DNA of 61,596 bases, counting the filler. It is 3 parts of 3 records of this genome, joined end to end, with 100 filler letters (N's around TTAATTAATTAA, not from the genome) between each part and the next. Parts side by side here need not be neighbours in the genome. Positions count along the whole stretch, not along the records: positions 29,619 to 56,195 come from DRR378314_407; positions 56,296 to 61,596 come from DRR378314_481; 1 more part is not named here. The stretch is one strand, 5' to 3'. The translations under genes were made by a program, and so were the position numbers. Of this stretch, positions 52,901-61,596 are shown one piece after another. Position 1 is the stretch's first letter, and every line of letters starts with the position of its first letter. The notes under the pieces were generated by a model, which was not told the origin of the DNA, searched no databases, and saw nothing but the letters and a program-made list of their open reading frames with translations.

Positions 52901-55900
52901 CTCCTGGCGGTTCAGGTGACCAATATAATATTTTACTGATAGGAGCAAATATACTAGCAAATAGCGGGGATATTAATTTAACCGGTGCAAGTACAGGACG
53001 GATTTTTAACGCTAATTTTGGTTCAACAATAGGGTATAAATCAGGTTCTGATGTTACCAGCTCTACGAGTGATATAACGGTTACCGGAGACCATTTTGTA
53101 TTAAGTTCCGGATTTAACTTTAACACAGCAGGAACCTTAGCAATAGAATCGTTCGGAAATTCATTTACAAATACTTTCAATACTACTCAATTGACCTATT
53201 CTTCAGATTTAACCGGTCTTACTATCGGGAAATCAACGAATACCTCAACTGTAATTTTTGACTCTGCAACAAGTATTGCCGGCCCAATTACGGTTTACGG
53301 GGGAGATATCGGGCTAAATGCTACATTAACCGCTACCGACTCTAACCTTAACCTGTATGCCACAGGATCAGTTACCCAAAGTGCGGCCATCACGGCCAAC
53401 AACTTGGCCCTGTTCGGTACGGGCAACTTTACCCTTCAGAACAGCAGTAATAATATTGATGTGCTGGCCGGTGGCGATGCAACCACACGTCTTGGTGATA
53501 TCGCCTACCGCGATGCGGATGCGCTTGAAATTGGCACGGTAAACCCAACTGGAATTTTCGCTACGGGTACTGTTTTGGTAGAAACGGAAACTGGAAACCT
53601 TACGCTTTCTGAAAGCATAAATACCACTTCTACTTCAGATGATGCCATCATCTTGAATGCAGGTAGAGCTTCCTCAGCTGGAACGGCAACGGGTGGTGAT
53701 ATTGTTGTTTCCGGCACACCTGTCCTTGGCACGGGATCAGGCGGTATCTCAAAGCTATTCAGTGGTTCTAATGCTAACAGTACAGGTTTAACCGCTTTGG
53801 TGGGTACCGGTAACGCTAGGTATAATTTAGATGAAACGTCCAACTTAAGTGGTGAAAGCTTGACCGGCGATAACGCTTATGCAATTTATCGAGCGGTTGG
53901 TAATACGGCGCCCACAGTGACATCCACCTCAATCACCTCAGCAACGGCGCAATCACTGTATTACTACGATATTAAAGCATCGGATGCCGATAACGATGTA
54001 ATCACTTGGACAGCAAACACCGTTCCTGCTTGGTTGGCCTTTACCAGTGGTACCTTGCAAACTAATTTTGTAGGCACTGGCGCAAACCCGACCAATACAG
54101 AGGATGGGGTAAATCAGTCCCCTGACGGAACCAGTGCTTCCAGTGCGGTTATTCGAACAGGTACTGCCGCCCATGGCGATAATAAATTGTTTTTCACCGA
54201 TACCGAGGAGTATGGGGTTCGCTATGTTGATGCGAACGGAAATGTGCAAACCTGGTATCAAGGCGATGGGACTTATACGAATCTAAATCCGGTAGGGATA
54301 GCCTATGATGCGGTAAATGACGTGGTGTATGTTGGAGATTATGGCAAGACAGACATCGTGAAAATTGATAATATGGGTACCCGAACCCTTCTGTCCGATT
54401 TGCCGGAACCGTTTATATTAAGACTGCTGGTCAATTCAAACGGTTCTAAACTGTATGCGTCTGCGCGAGGGGGCATTTATGAAATCGACCTTGCCAACAA
54501 TAACCCTGTTACGAACTGGACACGCATAGTCGGTACGGGATCAACGGGATATAGTGATACGGGGACGGCGTCGACCTCACAAGTTAATCAACCGAACGGT
54601 ATGGCATTTGACAGTGAAGGGCGCTTGGTTTTTACCGACAGATTTAACGATATCATCAGGCGGGTTGATTTAGTGACCAACACAATTGAAACCATAGCGG
54701 GTACGCAAGGAGCAGGAACGGAAGCTGGCGATGGCGGACCTGCAGTCAATGCTACTTTTGACGACCCATCAGGACTAGTCATTAACGAACAAGATGAAAT
54801 TTTCATTTCCGAGAGGTTAAGCAAGCGGATAAGAAAAATCGATACTAACGGAGATATTGATACATTTTTTACAGTTTCTGCAGGCGGTTTTGCAGACGAC
54901 TTGGTGATATCCGATGCGGGAGAGTTGTATCTGTTGACAACTTCGCTGGTTGCACAGGTGGCGTCGAAAGCTGAATTGACCGGTACGCCAACCAATGCGG
55001 ATGCGGGTGTCCATGATGTAGCGCTGACACTCAGTGATGGAATATATAACGTTCCTTATAATTTCCAGATCACGGTTCAAGCACTTAACGCTGCACCAAC
55101 AGACATTACTCTGGATAATAACAGCATCAACCAGAGTGCTACAGGGGTAGACTCCACGGTAGGTACTTTATCCACCACCGATGCCGATTCTGGAGATTCC
55201 CATACCTATTCATTAGTAGCAGGGGCAGGTGACGATGACATTGCTAGTTTTAACATTGATGCCTCAAGCTTAAGAACCAACAACGCACTTTCTCCTGGCA
55301 GTTACAGTGTAAGAATCAATACCAATGACGGTACCGATGATTTTGCCAAGGCATTTACCGTTACGGTAATAGACGATATGGCACCTGTCGGCTACACGGC
55401 AACCATTGATCAAGACCCTATAGATAGTTCAAATCAAACTTCAATCAGTTTTACTTTTGCCGGTGCTGAAATAGGTACGACCTATAATTATAGCTTTAGT
55501 AGCGATAATGGGGCTTCAATGGTCACAGGATCCGGAACTATAACTTCCGCCACAGACCAAATAACCGCAATCGATCTCAGCGGATTAGCCGACGGTTTAA
55601 TAGCCCTAACCGTTGCCCTTACCGATAGTAGCGCTAACGAAGGTACTCCTGCACAAGATTCCGCAACCAAAGGAATAGATCAAGACAATGATGGCATTTC
55701 TGATGCCAATGACAACTGCCCTTCCATTGCAAACACGGACCAACTAGATACCGATAATGACGGAGATGGTGATGCATGCGATACCGATGATGACAACGAT
55801 GGAACACCGGATACGGAAGATGCCTTCCCACTTGACCCTAATGAAGATACCGACACCGATGGTGATGGTACCGGCGACAATGCCGATACCGATGATGATA

Positions 55901-56195
55901 ACGACGGCCAGAGTGATGCCGCTTCTATGGCTACCGATACCGATGGCGATGCCACCCCTGATTGCATGGATACCGACGACGACAACGACGGTACGCCGGA
56001 TTCAGAGGATGCCTTTCCGTTAGATGAAAATGAGGATACCGACACCGATGGAGATGGAATTGGCAATAACGCCGATGACGATGATGACAACGACGGCACA
56101 CCGGATAGTGAAGATGCCTTCCCATTGGATGAAAACGAGGATACAGATACCGATGGTGACGGTATAGGAGATAATGCAGACACAGATGACGACAA
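49951..56195 (+). CDS. Giant secreted adhesin-like protein (beta-helix-like repeats, He_PIG/Ig with NHL insert, cadherin-like, Ig-like, thrombospondin type 3 repeats); 3' truncated
   Basis: Signal peptide MKKIVFIIL..; recurring T.GGDI.L/I repeats; NHL motifs (P.GMAFD..G.L.F.D..N..IRRVD); cadherin-like APTDITL..; D-rich TSP3 repeats running into the gap. Confidence 0.88.
55681..56195 (+). repeat. Thrombospondin type 3-like Ca-binding coding repeats
   Basis: Repeated DDDNDGTPD.EDAFPLD.NEDTDTDGDG.G.NAD units. Confidence 0.92.
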
Positions 56196-56295
56196 NNNNN
56201 NNNNNNNNNNNNNNNNNNNNNNNNNNNNNNNNNNNNNNNTTAATTAATTAANNNNNNNNNNNNNNNNNNNNNNNNNNNNNNNNNNNNNNNNNNNN
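56196..56295. other. Artificial contig-joining spacer
   Basis: 44 N + TTAATTAATTAA + 44 N. Confidence 0.98.
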
Positions 56296-57917
56296 CGAGC
56301 GTATACGACGGGGAGGAGCTACGAGCGCGATCCTGCACGCCGCGCAGCACGCATACGCGAAACGACTCGCATCCGGGACACAGACAGCCACGAGCCGTAG
56401 AAGCAAAGAGCCGTAGGTCGCGTGTACAACAACGGCGTCGGCGCGCTTTCGCAGGAACAAAGATGATTCAATGCCAGGCAAAATACTTGGAAACCAAAAG
56501 CCTAAGCATGCACTCTGCTATCGGCGGTGTGCACACGGCGGCACAGGGAAATATCAAGCGCAAACCACCGCCCCGCCTCGTAGCGCACGCAGCCACCCCC
56601 CAACAAGCGTGAGCAACGCAGCAGTGCACGACAGCACACGACGCGCTGCAGGAACACGGCCCCACGCGCCGCTCGCACAAACAATTCACCACCGCATTTC
56701 GGAATCCCAGAACTGCTGAGAAAAGATCATGGGTATTCATCACAAGCCTCAATAGGAGAGAGATGGAGAGAATGAGAGAAAAAAAGATGGAACATGAGGC
56801 CAAGAACCTCTAGTCTCGACGAACGACCAACAGCTAGCGCTTGCCGTCCTCGCAACAACACGTGGCTGTGGACACCGCACGCAGCAGCGCTGCCAAACAC
56901 GGAAACGCCCTGTAGCACGTCCCGGCGTCGCACGGGGGACGTCGCCGCGGTCCTCGTGCACAGCGCGTAACCCCAGCGTGGGCGGCTACATACCGCGCGA
57001 TTCCCGATAATACCCAAGATCATCGAGCGTGCGGAGCAAACGCGGGTCACAGGGCACTTGCAGCCGAGTGAGCGTTGCAGCGAGAACTCTCTTGCGCGAG
57101 CCCGAGGCACCTCGGGCTGCGCAGGACGGCACACGGGAAACCAGCACAGGAAAAGCGCTTGCTAACGCATAGAAGCGCAACCTGCCGCTTGCCAAGCCAA
57201 CCCAGCCGGGCAACATTGATACCAGCCCTCTTTTGTGCGCGAAATTATTTTCGTATTTTGATCTACATATAAAATACTCGCGGAAAAGACCACGATTCTG
57301 CAAAAAATCACGTACCTTGCAAAAAAGAGGCGCTGGAAAACGAAGAGCACTCAGAGGAGCGAGCAACAACGCGAAAACCCAGTCTCCCAAGTTTCGCCGG
57401 CACAGTGCACGAACACACTGCCAGCACGCGCCACCATCGCAAGAATCGGGTCCAAGTCCACAGTCAGTGCCTGTATTCCGCTCACTGCAAAATAATTCTC
57501 CGAGTGCTAGCATGATCGACAGAATAGGTCAGTATTCTATTCTCTGCCCTAGCGCCAACCCATTCCTCAATCATCGGGCAGACTTTGACGTGCGACGCTG
57601 GCCAGGCGCAAGGGCTGCTCACGGGTGTTGTCGCTTCTCTTGCATTTCGGATCGCCGCTGCGTTTCCATCCGCGAGCCAGAGCTTTTTTGTCTGTGCACT
57701 CCACAAGTGTGACTATTCGTTCCGTCAGCGACGCCACAGCAAGCAAACGTACGTACAAACTTTCACGTAAGTCACCTCCCAAACCGATTTCCCCCCGCCG
57801 CCCCCATTTCCTGTAGTGCGCCGCAAATGGTTTCCAAAACAAACGCGTGGTTTTGGTTCTAGCATTGTATGCATTGCCTGTGGGAGCACTTTACGGGAAG
57901 CTTGGCGGCTACTGCAG

Positions 57918-58088
57918 GTTGAGTACATCTCCTTCCTTTGCACCAAATGGGTCTGTAGCGGGTTGTCCAAGCTCTTCCCGGGCCCTGTGCTCGTCAACGC
58001 CAACGACGCTGCGCAAAGCACTGCTGAGAGAATGGACACGATGCGTTGCGACGCTCTCCGCCACGAAAAGTACACCTACGACAACTGA
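57918..58088 (+). CDS. Possible terminal exon of an unidentified eukaryotic gene
   Basis: CTGCAG acceptor followed by an open frame VEYISFLCTKW...HEKYTYDN*; no recognised homology. Confidence 0.2.
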   Translation, partial: VEYISFLCTKWVCSGLSKLFPGPVLVNANDAAQSTAERMDTMRCDALRHEKYTYDN

Positions 58089-59036
58089 GACGGTGCCCTT
58101 TCCCTTTCTCCCACATTCCATTCCCATCCAAAACATATTGATATGCACGCTTCGTCCGAAAGGCTGCTTGTGTTCCCCGTCGTTCTGCCTGGAAAGGGCC
58201 TTGGTAGTACTCACTGCGAATCCGGGGTGGAACGAGGGTGGGTTCGCCCAACGGCAGTTTGAAAGGCGCCGACCCTGGACCCCGCGACTTTTCCACGGCA
58301 GAATCCTCCGCCGCGTACAGCAGGGTAGTCAGGCCGCGAGAAAATGTCAAACCTTTGACGAAAACAAAAAATACTGTTCACGATATGCACTAGCCATGCA
58401 GCAGCACTGCGCGTATGTTTCTCGCCCGTACTTCCGTCCAGTACCAACGTCGTGCTGCTTGCGCCGCTTTCGCGGGCAGTGCCGCGAGCGCAAGCTGTTT
58501 GCAAAGAAGAAGGCGTTCGTGGCGCTCCAATTCGCCTACGCCTACGCATACGCATATACCTGCACGCGCACGTTCTCTCTCCCTCTGCCCTGTCGCCTTT
58601 TTTGCTGATCACAGACCAAACTGGTTTACAAATATTAGTAGCATATACTCGCAATTTTTTTTGAGATTACTTTCCCCGGCTGTATTTACAAAGCTGACAA
58701 ACATTCAAAACATACACGAAAGTTTGGCTCGTACGCTTGTTTTGCATCACTGTGTAGCGCATTATTGCACCGTTCCTTCGTGAGGGAAGTGGCTGTCCTC
58801 AGAGCCACGCCCCCTTGTCGCGAGATCATTGCGTTCTTATATCAGCGAGGGTTGAGAGAGACACTCGTAGATGCACACATTGATGCGGCGTAAGGACGCG
58901 TTATAATGACGCCGGCCCTGAAACAAGTCACCTGCATGGCGCTCAGGCACAGCATTCGCGCGCCCTCGCCAGCGCCTGGTGGTACACACTCATACATGCG
59001 TGCGTTGGTCGTCTTTTTCCGCTCGCAGCGTTTCGC

Positions 59037-61240
59037 ATGGAGTGTCACCTGCTTGCCACCGGAGCGCAGTGCATTTCCGATATAGGCACAACTCTTTCCC
59101 TCGAGGAGCAGGCAATCTTGGAGTATGCCGTGCAGACGTTGCAAAACGACTACCGCTTCTCGCATGTTCACTTCTGGGGGAAAGTTTGCGGGATCAATGC
59201 CGACTATGTCATAGCGCAAGGTATCAACGCAAGCGAAACAGAGTTCACTTCCGCGTCTACCTTGTGCAACTACTTCACAGCGGACGAGCAGATGCCCAAG
59301 CGCTCCTTCCGTCTAGAGTACGTTTGCTGTGCTAAAAGGAAATGTGCATCATGCCGTGTCCGCTAAAATGTCAGAATACCTCCCGCATACCATACATTTC
59401 CCACGCTGTGCAAGCGGGACACACTTGCCCATTTGGCAAGAGTACAGCCCACCGCCGTGCGTTCGTGTCGAAGGGGCACGGGGTGGCGGGCGGAGAGAGC
59501 GTACAAAGCCGTGTTTCAACGCTGTCGCAGAAGGAAAAGAAACCACTCTATCGCTTTCAACAAAATTCAATTTTTGCAGCTCATCTGTAGTACTACGAAA
59601 TGGACGAGCATCCACCTCTGGGTACTTAATGCGGAACTTCTGCATCTCCAGGCAGTAATAATGATAAGATCCCGCGCAACATTGTGGGATGGCCCAGCGC
59701 GTCGCGAAAGTGGCAAACAGAGGCATTCTGCGAGCAGTCTTTTGTCAAAGCACCTGCTGCGAACATAGTAAGACAGGTTCCGTACTGACATACTTTGATA
59801 CATGGCATTTGTAACCTTTCAGGCAAGAAACTGGAGCATGGGTGGAGCTTCTTGTGGACAGCGAGGAAGCTGGACGGGCTGCTTCGGCATGCCGCGAGCC
59901 TTTCCAAGGCGACCCAACCTACCAGTACTCTCTCACGGTGCGCAACACTTTGTCCTGTTTGACAAGCACCTATGCGTGAGCTTGCATGATGTAAGAGTCT
60001 GTCATATCGAGTCTGTGCGCAAGCGGTGTTTTCGTCTCATTGCTTGTTCTGCATGTGTCCGTACTCTAGCAGGTGCAGCTCGAATCCGGCGCTGCACCAA
60101 CACACCGCCGCGCGATCATTATCCCTTTGTACTGTCCTCCAAGTCGCTACTCTAAGATCGCATGCCATGTGCGTGCTACATGTCCGCATGATTATTATAG
60201 GAAATATCACAGGAAGAAGATGTGGATGACACTAATACCGATTCCAAGCACACAGGCGCCCAGGAGAGCGCCACAGGTGGCGGCGAGAAGGACGCACCAG
60301 CGGACTTTGACCAGGAAGGGGATCGCGCTAGCGAGGTACACATCGTCGAAGCCATATCCCCCTGCAAGCCGGCCCACAAATATCACATGCCAAGTCGTAC
60401 TGGTTTCATTTATTGTATTTTTCAATATGCCGAATTTCAATCTGGCATAGCAAGTACCGCTTCACTCTGCATCATACTTTTGCTTCTGACATCGCACTAC
60501 TCACCGCTACCTACTGCTGGGTGGAGCGCGAGTGGCCTGTGTGTGTGATCGCCCGGCTTCCGCTAGCGACTCCCCCTCCCTTTCCTATCGAGAACCAAGA
60601 GCTGAACGGTGTTCCATAATTCCTTTCAACCCAGCACCATCCGTATCTTCCCACTTTGAGCAAGCCATTGGGGTTCTCTTTTTTTTGGGGGGGCTTTCTT
60701 GCCTACAAGCAGGAAGAAAATGGTCAGCCTCCGACCGTGTCTCTGTCCGAGCACGAACGGCTCGCGTTTGTCGTGCGCGACATCGACAGCGCCATTGCAA
60801 GCGTTCCTCGCGGAGCGTGGATTTTAGATGCAAAGAACCGCGTGTGCAAAAATCCCTCATTTCAAGGTACGTAGGTACAGATCATGAGGGAGATATCACA
60901 GTATGCTCGCCTGGCATTCGCATTTGTCGCCGCGCTGTTGCTAAGCGTGCGCCCTTCCACCGAACGGCTACAGGCGCACTGAGTCGCCTGTTCCGCTATC
61001 CCGCGAAACTTCCCCCGCTCTCTGCAGGGCTGTCGCAGGAGCAGTGCCGGGATCTTGCCAACTTCCTTCACCTGCGACCGGTTCAGAAAGCAACGAAACG
61101 GTCACTTTTGCAAAGAGAACATGCGCTGATGTCGCATGATTTTCTCGACACTCTAGCCGAAGATGTTCCAGCCATGCAATGGGTATTCCGCTTCAACGCT
61201 GCCACTCGCGTCGTCACCCTGCGCAACTTGCTCTGGCCAG
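59037..61240 (+). CDS. RSPH9: Radial spoke head protein 9-like (spliced; 3' exon(s) not resolved in window)
   Basis: Exons 59037-59317, 59823-59937, 60201-60335, 60710-60866, 61028-61240 join in consistent phase with GT..AG introns; peptides HFWGKV.GI.ADYVIAQG, FQGDPTYQY, EHERLAFVV..ID...VPRGA, NPSFQGLS, DFLDTLAED.P, VTLRNLLWPG match RSPH9/RSP9 motifs. Confidence 0.9.
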
Positions 61241-61596
61241 GTACGAATAACTGGCTGCCACTGGCACTGCCCGCTCCCCCCTGCAGCAGGAGATGCGCGC
61301 GTATCTATAATTTGCGCGATAATGGTGAACCGATATAGCTTTGATATACCGCCAGCGAACCAATGTCATCTATTTTTGTTCCGACTATTGCGCTTCCTGC
61401 CGAATGCCGCACTGAGTTGTTGTTCGGCGCCACCGCCGACGTGGGGCACGGTAAGAAACACGCGCACGCACCCCGGGCGAAAGCCGTAGTAGCACTGCAA
61501 ATGCGCTGGCAGATGAAGCAGGCAAAGATGGCATGCGTCTTGAAAGAACTTCGTAGATTACCATGGGTTTCATAGATCGCAGGACACCTCTGCACA

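Noticed and set aside
55681-56195. Regularly spaced repeats that might suggest a CRISPR array
   Set aside because: In-frame coding TSP3 repeats with synonymous variation and no unique spacers; no cas genes
58533-58560. (TACGCM)n short repeat
   Set aside because: Ordinary low-copy microsatellite-like tract
56296-59000. Many overlapping 60-250 aa ORFs on both strands
   Set aside because: Arg/Cys/Ala-rich translations without motifs, as expected by chance in GC-richer eukaryotic non-coding DNA
61400-61456. Candidate sixth RSPH9 exon ending ..PTWGT before a GTAAGA donor
   Set aside because: No acceptor AG in the required phase found; similarity too weak

Overview
The window is a composite of three unrelated contigs joined by 100-bp artificial spacers (44 N + TTAATTAATTAA + 44 N) at 29519-29618 and 56196-56295. 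(1) 1-29518: core chromosome of a marine gammaproteobacterium (Pseudoalteromonas/Alteromonadales-like, an inference). It carries htpG-adk, a signal-peptide-bearing tpx, a REC-CheC + PAS-GGDEF pair, yeaG-yeaH-ycgB, sodB, grxD, gltBD and a TPR-histidine kinase/OmpR-family pair. It also carries a MacAB-like ABC operon (adaptor, ATPase, two permeases, NtrC-family regulator, kinase) led by an unannotated 26-aa hydrophobic ORF and a sigma54 promoter/IHF site/enhancer array. (2) 29619-56195: accessory region of a Bacteroidota (Flavobacteriaceae-like) genome. Two giant repetitive secreted proteins are truncated at the contig ends. Between them lie a PAS/GAF kinase-response regulator cluster (one kinase has a cysteine-less LOV-like domain), a nitrilase, an amidohydrolase, gene relics, and a structured non-coding element resembling an IS110 non-coding end without its recombinase. 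(3) 56296-61596: eukaryotic, intron-containing DNA with at least five exons of a radial spoke head 9 (RSPH9)-like gene that the ORF track does not assemble. The most interesting candidates are the sigma54/small-peptide/ABC/intramembrane-kinase module and the orphan IS110-like structured element. All family assignments come from motif recognition, not database searches.
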